This document shows positions 30,329 through 39,678 of a stretch of DNA of 64,000 nucleotides, piece after piece. Under the pieces are notes generated by a model. It saw only the letters and a list, made by a program, of their open reading frames with translations. It made no database searches and was not told the DNA's origin. The stretch is from assembly GCA_963848295.1 (NCBI GenBank), contig CAWKDB010000010.1, positions 4,160,001-4,224,000 on the forward strand, in the 5' to 3' direction. Positions within the stretch are counted from its first letter, which is position 1; each line of letters begins with the position of its first letter. Position numbers and translations under genes: made by a program. The DNA is from an uncultured delta proteobacterium (GTDB taxonomy: Bacteria > Myxococcota_A > Polyangia > Haliangiales > Haliangiaceae).

Positions 30329-31297
30329 ATGCAGTACAACTCGTCTCGCGCGATCGCGCTCTCGCTACTCGGCGCCGTCGCGGGATGCGTGAACAAGTCC
30401 GGCAATACCGACGTCACGTGCGCTCCGCTCTCCGCCGCCGCCGCGCAACGACCCGCGGGGTGGGGCGGCACGGTGTTCACGATCGTGATGGAGAACAAGA
30501 ACCGGACGGACATCGTCGGAAAATCGTCCGCGCCGTACATCAACAGCCTGATCGCCGGCAACTCGCTCGCCGCCGGTTATCACGATGCGTATGTTCACCC
30601 GAGCGAGCCGAACTATCTCTGGATGGTCGCCGGCCAGAACTTCGGCGTGCTCGATGACGACGATCCAGCCTCGCACCCGATCGACTCGACGTCGCACATC
30701 GCCGACCAGATCGAGCTCGCGGGGCTGACGTGGAAGACCTATCAAGAGGGCATGGGCGCGCCGTGCGGGCTGACCTCGCACGACCGCTACGCGGCCAAGC
30801 ACGATCCGTTCGTGTTCTTCGATGACATCAACGGCTGGGACGGCACCACGTTCCAGACCTCGCAACGCTGCATCGATCACGTCGTCGACTACTCGCAGTT
30901 CGATGTCGACCTCGCGGCCGGGGCGCTACCCGACTACGTGTTCATCACGCCAAACCTCGATCACGACATGCACGACGGCACGATCGCCCAGGGCGACGCG
31001 TGGCTCGCGAACGAGGTGCCGAAGATCCTCGGCAGCGCCGCATTCCAGAACGGCGGCGTCCTGTTCTTGCTGTGGGACGAGGGTAGCGGCACGCTCGGCC
31101 CGGGCGATGACCCGCCGTTCATCGCGATCTCGCCCAACGCCAAGCCGGGGTTTTCGTCGACCACCGACTACGACACCAGCTCTTACTTGCTGACCGTGCA
31201 GAAGATCCTCGGCATCGCTCCGCTCCCGTGCTCGGCGGATCCGGCGTCGGTGCCGAGCATGGACGATCTGTTCACGATGCCGCTACCCGCGAGTTGA
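30329..31297 (+). CDS. phosphoesterase (AcpA/phospholipase C-like) lipoprotein
   Basis: Lipobox VAGC, IVMENK, HPSEPNY, YAAKHDPF, DMHDG and LWDE motifs. Confidence 0.88.
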   Translation: MQYNSSRAIALSLLGAVAGCVNKSGNTDVTCAPLSAAAAQRPAGWGGTVFTIVMENKNRTDIVGKSSAPYINSLIAGNSLAAGYHDAYVHPSEPNYLWMVAGQNFGVLDDDDPASHPIDSTSHIADQIELAGLTWKTYQEGMGAPCGLTSHDRYAAKHDPFVFFDDINGWDGTTFQTSQRCIDHVVDYSQFDVDLAAGALPDYVFITPNLDHDMHDGTIAQGDAWLANEVPKILGSAAFQNGGVLFLLWDEGSGTLGPGDDPPFIAISPNAKPGFSSTTDYDTSSYLLTVQKILGIAPLPCSADPASVPSMDDLFTMPLPAS

Positions 31298-31325
31298 GCC
31301 CGCGGATCGCGACGAGCCATCGGTG

Positions 31326-31757
31326 TCACGTCGCGCGCTGCGAGCGGCCACGCTGCCGCCTACGCGACCGCGGAGCGGGGCGGCTTGCGATTCTCGTCGG
31401 TGGCGGCACGGTGCGAAACGCGTCGAGGATCGCGGCGCGCACGTCCTTGGCACGCGCCTGCCGCAGCGCGATCAGGACTGCGGGGTACCCCTGAAAGTGG
31501 GCGATCGTGAAGAAGCCGGGCGGCGCGATCGCGAGCAGGGCGTCCTTGGCGTCGAGGCTCTCGACCCGCACCGCGAGGATCTCGCCCGCCGGTGGCGTGG
31601 CGTCGCCGAATCGCTTGAGATCGGCCTTGCTCAACGGCCGGTGCCAGGCAAAGCCCTTGCCTTCCACCATCCACGTGCGATTCCGCCACTTCACGCCGAC
31701 GGTCACGCCGGGCAAGCTCGTCGCGTACGCATCGACATCGTCGTAGGTCAGAGCCAT
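31326..31757 (-). CDS. MmcQ/YjbR-like protein
   Basis: SLPGV and FFTIAHFQGYPAVLIAL motifs. Confidence 0.8.
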   Translation of the reverse strand: MALTYDDVDAYATSLPGVTVGVKWRNRTWMVEGKGFAWHRPLSKADLKRFGDATPPAGEILAVRVESLDAKDALLAIAPPGFFTIAHFQGYPAVLIALRQARAKDVRAAILDAFRTVPPPTRIASRPAPRSRRRQRGRSQRAT

Positions 31758-31919
31758 GGATCGCACCCGAGCATAGACGAAACTCGCGGAGGCGTTAGCT
31801 AGGCGAGCTAGCGCTGGTTCGAACAGACTGTCTCGCGTTCGAGGGGAGCATCGAGCTTGATGCGTGCACCGAGCTCGTACCTGGTTTTCTTTGTCCTCGC
31901 GAAGCGCATACTCGCGCCC

Positions 31920-32753
31920 ATGGAAGAGGCAAAGGCGAGCGCGCCGCTCCTTCGCCCGGTCTCCAGCGTCGCGGCGTTCAAGCGCAGCTCGACCGGCGTC
32001 TACCTCATCCGGCGCTCGTTCATGGTCTTCGCATCGGCGCATCAGCACTTCTCCGGCATCGTTTTTTGGGGCGAGCCCGAGGAGTCCGACATCCTGCTCG
32101 CCACACCGACCTTCGAGGCGCGGCTCGTCGGACCTCCGCATCCATCGCTCGTCGACGCACGCTACATCACGCGCGTCGACCCGCTCGCCTTCGGCCTGTT
32201 TGCCGCCTTCGCCACCCGGCACGAGCGGGCGCTGTCACCGTTGATCACGAGACTCGCGGTGCTGCACGGCGATGGTGTCGTCGGCGCGGTCGCCGCCGGC
32301 TTCGCCGCTTCGCTCGCGCTGCCTTTCCCCGTTCGCGCGTTCCGCGCCGCGTCCGAGGCGCTCGATTGGCTCGCGCCGCCCATCGAGGCCCGCGCCGTCG
32401 AGGTGTTCGAGGAGGTCGAGCGCGTGGTCGGGCGATCGCGCGGAGGCGCGCCATTGCTCGCCGAGCTCGCCGGACTGCTCGAGGCGAAGCCGAGCCTCGA
32501 TCTCGCGGGGGCCGCGGCCGAGCTCGCACTGTCGACGCGCAGTCTGCAGCGCAAGCTCCGCGAGCTCGACACGTCATTCCAGAACGAGATCGACGCCGCG
32601 CGCATACGGGTCGCGCGGCGCCTCCTCGCCGACAGCCACGCGAACGTGACGCGGGTGGCACTGGCGGTGGGCATGCGCTCGCCCCGCGCGCTCGCGAGAG
32701 TGTTCCGTCGTGTGACCGGGCAGGCACCCGCGGCTCTTCGAGACCGGACGTAG
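31920..32753 (+). CDS. AraC-family regulator with SpoIIAA/STAS-like N-terminal domain
   Basis: HTH LSTRSLQRKL...FRRVTGQAP. The N-terminal domain ends RAFRAASEALDWL. Confidence 0.85.
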   Translation: MEEAKASAPLLRPVSSVAAFKRSSTGVYLIRRSFMVFASAHQHFSGIVFWGEPEESDILLATPTFEARLVGPPHPSLVDARYITRVDPLAFGLFAAFATRHERALSPLITRLAVLHGDGVVGAVAAGFAASLALPFPVRAFRAASEALDWLAPPIEARAVEVFEEVERVVGRSRGGAPLLAELAGLLEAKPSLDLAGAAAELALSTRSLQRKLRELDTSFQNEIDAARIRVARRLLADSHANVTRVALAVGMRSPRALARVFRRVTGQAPAALRDRT

Positions 32754-32920
32754 CACGCGCAGTCCGACCACTGAGCGAGGCTCGTGCGTGCGGACATCGC
32801 GCGGCGCGCTGTTTGGCGCGATCGGTCCTTCGATTGGCGCGCGACCGGAAGATCACCGCTCCTAGAGTGCCGTCGCCGCGGGGCGTTGTCCCCGCTCGAT
32901 TTCAATCCACGGAGGACATC

Positions 32921-33436
32921 ATGAAGAAGTCGTTTTTCTCGAGTGCTGTGATCGCGGTTGTCGGTGCCTTGGTGTGCAGCTGCGCGGGTCTTGATTCATC
33001 GGCGGACCCTGACGGATCCAGCGAGCTCACGACGTCGCAATACGTCGTGACCAGCGACGGTTCGGCCGACGCGATTCACACGACGGTGGTCGACGCTTCG
33101 GATGGCGCACCGGTCGCGACCCTCGACTGGTCCGCCGATACCGGCGAGGCGACCTATGCGTCCACGAGGGGCTGGTCGTTCACGACCGCAGAAGCTACGG
33201 AGGCTCCCACGCTCGACTCGCAGAACGCGTTCGCCGCCGCGCTGAGCGGAGATGGCAAGGCGGATCCTGCCGGCGAGACCGAGCAGCATGGCCGCGACCG
33301 GCGTGCCGGCGGGTGCTCGGTCTACGAGTACGCGAGCGCAGACAACGACACGTTCCTGTCGTGCAGCAGCATCGGTTGCAAGTGCTACGGCGTCTGCGAC
33401 CAGATCGAGCTCCTCAGCTACGTGGGTTGCGTCTGA
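32921..33436 (+). CDS. hypothetical lipoprotein
   Basis: RBS GGAGGA, signal peptide with VCSC, and a Cys-rich C-terminus. Confidence 0.75.
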   Translation: MKKSFFSSAVIAVVGALVCSCAGLDSSADPDGSSELTTSQYVVTSDGSADAIHTTVVDASDGAPVATLDWSADTGEATYASTRGWSFTTAEATEAPTLDSQNAFAAALSGDGKADPAGETEQHGRDRRAGGCSVYEYASADNDTFLSCSSIGCKCYGVCDQIELLSYVGCV

Positions 33437-33727
33437 GCTAGGCGAACGAGCTCGGATCCGGCTGCGCCGCGTCAGGCCGAACGCAGCGCAGCCGGTGATC
33501 TGTGTGCTGCGAGGCTCGGTCATAGCTTGCGCCCGTTCGCTGCGCCGACGACGCCCGAGCCGTGGCGCCGCTCCCAGCGGCGTATGGTAACTCCGAACCG
33601 AGGGTCGTTGGCGCGAAAAATAACCGTCGCCGATCAGCGGAATCCCACGCTAATTCAATATCTTGAGTCGGTTGGCCGAAAGTTGATTTCCATGTGTACG
33701 ACAACACCACCCCTGTACGATGGAGTA

Positions 33728-34582
33728 ATGCGATCGCTCACCGTCGTTGTAGGCCTAGTAATCGGACTGACCCTCATTGCGTGCGGCCGAAACACCGACG
33801 CGGGCGCCGATGCCGCCGGGAACGGCTGCGTCGAGGCCGCGAAGTTCGTTTACGTCGTCGACGTCACGAACAGGTTTTCGCAGTTCGATCCGATGACGGG
33901 TCAGTTTACCGAGCTCGGCGTGCTCGCGTGCGAGCCGCAGATCGGCGCGGCGCCGTTCTCCATGAGCATCGATCGCGACGCGTACGCGTGGGTCGTCTAT
34001 ACCGACGGCGCGCTCTATAAGGTCGACATTCAAAATGGGCTGACCTGCACGAAGACCGCGTGGGCATCGCCGAATAGCTTGTTCGAGTTCGGGATGGGCT
34101 TCTCGAGCGATACGTCCGGCGGAACGAGCGACACCCTCTACGTCGCCAGCGCGTCGAACGCGACCGGCATGGGCAGCGTCGCGAAGCTGGCGAGGGTCGA
34201 CACCGGGACGCTCGACGCGACCGTGATCGGCACGATCGCGGGTGCGCCCGAGCTTACGGGCACCGATTCGGCGGAGCTGTGGGCGTGGATCCCCGACGCA
34301 GAGCGGCCGACGGTCGAACAGCTCGACAAGACGACCGGCGAGCAGCTCACGACGTTCCAGTCGACGCTCGCCGACCTCGCGGGTACACCGATGAACTGGG
34401 CGTTCGCGTTTTGGGGCGGCGACTTTTGGGTGTTCCTCAAACGCTCGCAGCCGCAGGACGAGACGACGGTGATCTATCAGATCGACGGCGGCAACGGCGC
34501 GATCAAGAGCACGACCCCCACTCGCGATGCCTCGATCGTCGGCGCGGGTGTGTCGACCTGCGCGCCGGTCGTGCTTCTCTAG
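33728..34582 (+). CDS. hypothetical lipoprotein (beta-propeller-like)
   Basis: RBS GGAG, lipobox LIAC, WAFAFWGGDFW and IVGAGVSTCAP. Confidence 0.8.
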   Translation: MRSLTVVVGLVIGLTLIACGRNTDAGADAAGNGCVEAAKFVYVVDVTNRFSQFDPMTGQFTELGVLACEPQIGAAPFSMSIDRDAYAWVVYTDGALYKVDIQNGLTCTKTAWASPNSLFEFGMGFSSDTSGGTSDTLYVASASNATGMGSVAKLARVDTGTLDATVIGTIAGAPELTGTDSAELWAWIPDAERPTVEQLDKTTGEQLTTFQSTLADLAGTPMNWAFAFWGGDFWVFLKRSQPQDETTVIYQIDGGNGAIKSTTPTRDASIVGAGVSTCAPVVLL

Positions 34583-34725
34583 CCGTTGGGATCGCGCTCC
34601 ACCATCCGCGACGCCGGTGCGGTCGCTCTTCGATGGTGCGTTCCCACGATCGCGCAAGAAGTGCGCGAATGGCGAGTGCCGTCGCAGCCGCTTCGCGAAC
34701 GATGTCCGCCGCACGCCACTATCGC

Positions 34726-34740
34726 TGGCACGACCTGCGC
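34726..34740 (+). promoter_or_regulatory. sigma54 promoter
   Basis: TGGCACGACCTGCGC upstream of ATG 34754. Confidence 0.5.
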
Positions 34741-34753
34741 AGTGTGCCGAGGT

Positions 34754-34939
34754 ATGGCCGCTGTACTCGCACTCGTCATGCTTCCTGTCATCGCCGCGAT
34801 CGGCTGCTTCCTCGGAACGCTGCATGGTGGCGCCTCTCTATCGTCGGTGCTTGCCGCCGTCGCGTTCGTCGCGCTTGCCCTCGGCGTGCTCGGTGGGGCG
34901 TTGCGCTTCCAGCGATCGCTCGATGGCCCCGAGGATTAA
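34754..34939 (+). CDS. small two-TM membrane protein
   Basis: RBS GAGG, two hydrophobic helices and a sigma54-like motif upstream. Confidence 0.55.
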   Translation: MAAVLALVMLPVIAAIGCFLGTLHGGASLSSVLAAVAFVALALGVLGGALRFQRSLDGPED

Positions 34940-34975
34940 CCCACGAAAATGCGCCACGGCGTGGCGTGTGCCGAC

Positions 34976-35401
34976 TCAGCCGCCGCCTTCGACGACGATG
35001 ACGTCGTCGCGCAACACTTTCGATGACAGGAAGTAGCGCTCTTCGGTCGATAGATGTTCGCGCAAACGCTGGAGCGCTAACCGCAACTCGGCGGTGACTC
35101 CGTCGGCTAGCGTCTTGTGAACGAGGCGATGTTCTTCGAAGTGATCGGTCACCATTTGCTCGATCCGGACCTCGGCAAAGGCGCCGCTATCGATCAGCAG
35201 TGGCCGCAGGAACTGCTCTTCGTGTCGGTTGTGTACCTTGAACGCGACGCGGAGCCGCGCGACCTCGGAGGTCAAGGCGGCGGGTTCGGCGCGACCGGCA
35301 TCGAGGTCGTCCGAAAGCTGTTCGCATCGATCGATCATCTCGCGCAACGCTTCGTGCTCGAGCAGCAGCTCGGCGAGGACCCTCGAGGGCGCGGTGCTCA
35401 T
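34976..35401 (-). CDS. hemerythrin (HHE) domain protein
   Basis: EH, HNRHEE, DH..EH and HLSTEE motifs. Confidence 0.8.
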   Translation of the reverse strand: MSTAPSRVLAELLLEHEALREMIDRCEQLSDDLDAGRAEPAALTSEVARLRVAFKVHNRHEEQFLRPLLIDSGAFAEVRIEQMVTDHFEEHRLVHKTLADGVTAELRLALQRLREHLSTEERYFLSSKVLRDDVIVVEGGG

Positions 35402-35568
35402 GCCGGCTCTCCGCCGATGTTTTGCGACCTCGTTTGGTTCTCGAACATGCACTTGTTCCCTGCATCGGCCATTCCAGCCGATACGACGGTGGCGCCGCGC
35501 CAAGACTCGCAAGACATGCGTCTCGGCGTCGGTGCCGCGCAATGCTTGCGTGTCGTTGTGACGCGAGT

Positions 35569-35583
35569 TGGCATCGCGGTTGC
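35569..35583 (+). promoter_or_regulatory. sigma54 -24/-12 promoter
   Basis: TGGCATCGCGGTTGC just upstream of ATG 35597. Confidence 0.7.
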
Positions 35584-35596
35584 TCGTCGTATAGAC

Positions 35597-35833
35597 ATGG
35601 CGCGAATCACCTGCAACGAGCTCCTCGATCGCGGCGACCTGGCGGCGACAACTGGCGACCGATCGACGCTCTCACGCGTAGCGTCGCTGCTTGCCAGTCG
35701 AGTCGGAGACCCGATCTCGGCCCGATTGCGCGGGCTCGCACGAGCGTGTCGTAGCGATGTTGAAGATGTGCGCACGACGTGGACGTCATTGCGAACAGAA
35801 GTCGTCACGCGCATCGCCACCGCAGGCACCTGA
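35597..35833 (+). CDS. small hypothetical protein
   Basis: Helical 78-aa ORF just downstream of a good sigma54 motif. Confidence 0.5.
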   Translation: MARITCNELLDRGDLAATTGDRSTLSRVASLLASRVGDPISARLRGLARACRSDVEDVRTTWTSLRTEVVTRIATAGT

Positions 35834-35852
35834 TTCCGTCCGGTACACGGCG

Positions 35853-36611
35853 TCAAGTGTGCGGTCGACGCGGCGTGACCGACCTGGCAAGCGCTGGCGT
35901 CTCGAGCCCAGCATCCACCGTGAGCTCTGACTGTAAGATCGACAGCGCCGTCGCCGGATCGTCGACAAAGCGGAACAACGACAGGTCCTCGCGCGCGATG
36001 ACGCCGTGGCGAACGAGGGCGTCGAAGTTGATGATCTCGTTCCAGTAGCTCGACCCGTACAGCAGGATCGTGATCTTGCGATCGAGCTTGCGGGTCTGCG
36101 CCAGCGTCAGCATCTCGGTCAGCTCGTCGAGCGTGCCGAACCCACCAGGAAACGCGACCATCGCGCGCGCGAGATACGTGAACCACAGCTTACGCATGAA
36201 GAAGTAGTGGAACTCGAACGACAGCTCGCGCGTGATGTACGGATTCGGGCGCTGCTCGTGCGGCAGGCCGATGTTGAGCCCGATCGTCCGACCGCCGGCG
36301 TCGGACGCGCCGCGATTCGCCGCCTCCATGATCCCGCCGCCGCCTCCGCTACAGACGATGAACCGTTGAGCGCCAGGCGGAAGTGACTTCGACCAGGCCG
36401 TGCACAGGCGGGCGAGCTCGCGCGCCTCGGTGTAGTACCGGCCGAGCGGACCGTCTTCGCGGGTACGCGCGGAGCCGAAGAATACGATCGTGTCCTGGAT
36501 CCGCTGGCGCTGGAATGCGCGCATCGGCTGGACATACTCGGCGAGGATGCGCAGCGGGCGCGCCTCGTCGCTGTCGAGGAAGTCTTCATCGTGATACGCG
36601 AGCGCAGTCAT
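35853..36611 (-). CDS. LOG family (TIGR00730-like) protein
   Basis: FFGSAR, GGGGGIMEAAN, YFFMRK and PGGFGTLDE motifs. Confidence 0.92.
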   Translation of the reverse strand: MTALAYHDEDFLDSDEARPLRILAEYVQPMRAFQRQRIQDTIVFFGSARTREDGPLGRYYTEARELARLCTAWSKSLPPGAQRFIVCSGGGGGIMEAANRGASDAGGRTIGLNIGLPHEQRPNPYITRELSFEFHYFFMRKLWFTYLARAMVAFPGGFGTLDELTEMLTLAQTRKLDRKITILLYGSSYWNEIINFDALVRHGVIAREDLSLFRFVDDPATALSILQSELTVDAGLETPALARSVTPRRPHT

Positions 36612-37351
36612 TACTTGGCGCCGGCCCAGGCGATCGCGCCTTCGACGTCGTCGTATGCGAACGTCCTGATCTCCGCTGCGATGAAATGCTCGGCGAGTTT
36701 CGGTGCGAGGCTCGCGAGCTTGGTATCCGCCGCGAGCGCGATCCGCTTGACCTTCCGATGGTGGTCGCGCACGAACCTCAGGTGTCGAACGAGCGCGGGC
36801 AGGTTCTCCCAGCCGGGGAACGCCCGCGTGTGGATAACGAGCCCGGGTAGATCGCCGTGCGCCTCGATCCAGTGGTCCGCGGTGAAGGCCAAGGCGTCGA
36901 AGTCTTGCGCTCGCAAAGGTCGAGAGATGTCCACGACGAGCACGCCGGTCTGCGGCACGAGCCGATGCGTCACGGCCACGGTCTCCGGCAGCGACGCGAG
37001 CCATTCGATCGCACGAGTGCGCTCGGCGCTGGTGAAGGCGTTGATCGGATACGGCATGAAGAATGCGGCGAGCCGCGTGGCTTCACGCATCCACGCGACA
37101 TCTGTAACGATGGCGATGCCGTCGAACCGCCGGATCGATCCGATGCCGAGCTTCACGTCCTCCCATGCGCCACTCGGCGTTACACCGTCGAAGCTGAGCG
37201 CGATCTCGCACAGCACGCGGAGCCGCTTTCCATCGCGCCTGGCCTCGTCGAGCAGAGGCACGACGCTCCGTTCATAGTCCTGTTTCGAGATCCGGCCATC
37301 TGCACTCAGACCAGAGATCCCGGGTGGAAGATTTGCGATTCGTTCGATCAT
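36611..37351 (-). CDS. tandem SpoIIAA-like (STAS/SEC14) protein
   Basis: Two SpoIIAA-like domains, ending AIEWL and AIAWA. Confidence 0.85.
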   Translation of the reverse strand: MIERIANLPPGISGLSADGRISKQDYERSVVPLLDEARRDGKRLRVLCEIALSFDGVTPSGAWEDVKLGIGSIRRFDGIAIVTDVAWMREATRLAAFFMPYPINAFTSAERTRAIEWLASLPETVAVTHRLVPQTGVLVVDISRPLRAQDFDALAFTADHWIEAHGDLPGLVIHTRAFPGWENLPALVRHLRFVRDHHRKVKRIALAADTKLASLAPKLAEHFIAAEIRTFAYDDVEGAIAWAGAK

Positions 37352-37902
37352 CGGTGTGCTCCATGCGCGGCATCAGTGCCGCTGATCTGTGCCTGACCCT
37401 CGTGCTCGGCCAGCAGCCCTCGTGCGCATTCGACCTCGGCCGGAGGTACGCTCGCGATCAACAAGAATCGGTCCGCCCCTAGCTCCCGCTCGAGCTGGAT
37501 CACCGTGTCCTTAGGGACGCCGAGTCCGAATAGAGCTGCGGCGAACGCGCTCGTCCCGCCGAGTACGGCGGCGCCGACCGCACCACCTTCGATGGCGCCC
37601 AGCAACATCGAGCCGACGATCCCACGCGTCACGATCGGGCCGATTCCCGGAATCCAGAGCGACGCCGGTGCGAGGACAATCCCGAACAGGGCGCCCCAGA
37701 AGGCGCCGTGGCGACCCCAGTACTTGACGCGATCGGCCGCACGGTAGAAGCCGACGGCATGTCCCTCGGCGTGACGACCGCGCCCGATGATCGAGAGCTT
37801 GTTCGTGTCGAAGCTGGCATGCTCCAGTGCGCGGAGCGCGCGCTCGGCGTCTCGATGGTGACCGAACACGGCGACACAGTGGCTGTCTGTAGTCGTCTTC
37901 AT
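37348..37902 (-). CDS. general stress protein (DUF1269/YflT-like)
   Basis: KLSIIGR, GAFWG, IPGIGP and a Gly-zipper. Confidence 0.75.
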   Translation of the reverse strand: MKTTTDSHCVAVFGHHRDAERALRALEHASFDTNKLSIIGRGRHAEGHAVGFYRAADRVKYWGRHGAFWGALFGIVLAPASLWIPGIGPIVTRGIVGSMLLGAIEGGAVGAAVLGGTSAFAAALFGLGVPKDTVIQLERELGADRFLLIASVPPAEVECARGLLAEHEGQAQISGTDAAHGAHR

Positions 37903-37920
37903 GTCTACCCGTACACCACT

Positions 37921-37935
37921 GCATCAGAAGTGCCC
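37921..37935 (-). promoter_or_regulatory. sigma54 promoter of the stress protein/STAS/LOG operon
   Basis: GGGCACTTCTGATGC upstream of ATG 37902. Confidence 0.55.
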
Positions 37936-38025
37936 GCGATCGAGTGGGACCACGCGCCTGTCGCGTCGGGGGTGTGCGCAGACGGTGCGGTGCGTTCTGC
38001 GACAGGCGCAAACCCTGCGTTCCGG

Positions 38026-39678
38026 TCACTCGCGCGGCGGCTTTATGATTCGCCCGCCTCCAAACGGATGGCAGCCGGCGCAGCTCACTGCGGTCGGCTC
38101 GTGTTGCACGCGATCGCGATGGCAGGTCAAGCAGGTCGCGCGGTCGCTGCGGCCGGTCGCTGCGTGGGCCGAATGGCAAGCCGTGCAGGTTGCCTGGTGC
38201 TGTGCGACGCGATGCAAGCCCGGGAGCTGTGCTTTCGCGTGGCAGCTCTCGCACGCCGGTGGAGCGGCGGGTCCGCTCGGGCCGTGCGGGCGATGACAGC
38301 TCGCACACGCGAGCGCGACCCCGTGGCCGACCTTGATCTTTTCGGCGTGACACGTCGCGCACGCCGCCGTCGCTTGTTTAGGATCGTGCGGGTTGTGGCA
38401 ACCGTCGCAGCGTTGATGACCGGCCGGCGCGGACGCAGCCTCCGGACGATGGCAGCTCGCACACGCGGTCGTCGGCGCCTTTGGAGCGTGCGTCGCATTC
38501 GTGTGGCAGCTCGCGCACTCCGCGTGGCCGGTGCCGCTCGTCGTGTGCGCGTGATCCGCATGACAGCGCGCACACAACGCCGTGGTCGCGTTCGGCTTCG
38601 GGCCGTGCGCGGTATGGCAGAGCGCGCAAGCCGCGTGCCCGGTGTTTGCGGCCGAGTGGGAACGATCGGTATGGCACCTGCCGCATGTTGCAGCGTCGTT
38701 CGCGGGCTTTCCATCGTGCGCGACGTGACAGTCGAGACAGGGCGTATCCGCATGGTGCTCGGTCGCGTGACAGGTCGTGCAGGCGACCGCCTTCGTCCCC
38801 GACGCGACGAGCGCGCCCGAATGCACGGGGTGGCAGCCGGTACATGTTTGGCCGGCCGCGCTCGCCGGGTGAGAGACCAGCTGCTGGTGACACGTCGTGC
38901 ATGCGCGCGGCGTGTCGTCGTGCGGCGAGTGGCACATCGTGCATTGCTTGTGTGCCGCCGAGGCGAGCACGGGTTGATCGCGATGACACGTGGTGCATGC
39001 CGCGACCTCGGTCTTGCCAAACTCGTGCGGCTGGTGGCAGCCGGTGCACTGCGGGTGGCCAGCGGTCGTCGCGCGTGCGGTGATGTGAAGCGCGGCCGGC
39101 TGCGTCGCGTGACAGCTCGCGCACGCTCGATCCGCGAGGTGCTTGTCCTCGTGCACGCGGTGACAATCGAGACAGCCGTGCAGCCCGGCGTGCTGCGTCT
39201 TCTGCGCGGCATGACATGTCGTGCATGGCCTCGGATCGAGCGATGGTGTCTTGTGCGCATGGTGGCAGCTGCCACATGGTTGATCCGAGTGCGCGCCGAC
39301 CGCATGCTTGCCGTCCTGCGGTCGAGCGTGACAGCTCATGCACGGTGATCGCGGCTTGGCACCGGCTGCGGCGATGTCCGATTCGGTTCGCGGCTTGGCG
39401 CCGAACACGTGGCAGTCCCGGCAGGTCGGCACGTTGGCCACCGCCGGATGCAGCGGCGTGATCACGCCGGCGTGGCATCGCGCGCAGATTTCCGCTGGCG
39501 GCGGCGCGAACCCGGTATCGCCATGGCACGCGGCGCAAGCGACCTTGCCGACGTGAGCGATGTGGCCCGCGCTTCGAGCGACGTCGTGATACGTCGCCGG
39601 CACCTGCTCGGGGACTCGCTCGTCGGCGCCGCCACCGCAGCTGGCGATGACGACCGCGATCACGAGCGCGCGGATCAA
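38026..39678 (-). CDS. 27-heme c-type cytochrome lipoprotein
   Basis: 27 CXXCH motifs counted in 550 aa. Lipobox IASC. TTG start overlaps the upstream stop (TTGA). Confidence 0.9.
   Translation of the reverse strand: MIRALVIAVVIASCGGGADERVPEQVPATYHDVARSAGHIAHVGKVACAACHGDTGFAPPPAEICARCHAGVITPLHPAVANVPTCRDCHVFGAKPRTESDIAAAGAKPRSPCMSCHARPQDGKHAVGAHSDQPCGSCHHAHKTPSLDPRPCTTCHAAQKTQHAGLHGCLDCHRVHEDKHLADRACASCHATQPAALHITARATTAGHPQCTGCHQPHEFGKTEVAACTTCHRDQPVLASAAHKQCTMCHSPHDDTPRACTTCHQQLVSHPASAAGQTCTGCHPVHSGALVASGTKAVACTTCHATEHHADTPCLDCHVAHDGKPANDAATCGRCHTDRSHSAANTGHAACALCHTAHGPKPNATTALCARCHADHAHTTSGTGHAECASCHTNATHAPKAPTTACASCHRPEAASAPAGHQRCDGCHNPHDPKQATAACATCHAEKIKVGHGVALACASCHRPHGPSGPAAPPACESCHAKAQLPGLHRVAQHQATCTACHSAHAATGRSDRATCLTCHRDRVQHEPTAVSCAGCHPFGGGRIIKPPRE

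Noticed and set aside
37708..39348. Long plus-strand ORF (and many similar Arg/Ala-rich ORFs in the track)
   Set aside because: These are antisense or off-frame shadows of real genes in high-GC DNA, with no recognisable motifs.
38080..39540. Periodic tggca/tgaca..gca DNA repeats
   Set aside because: They are explained by CXXCH codons on the minus strand.
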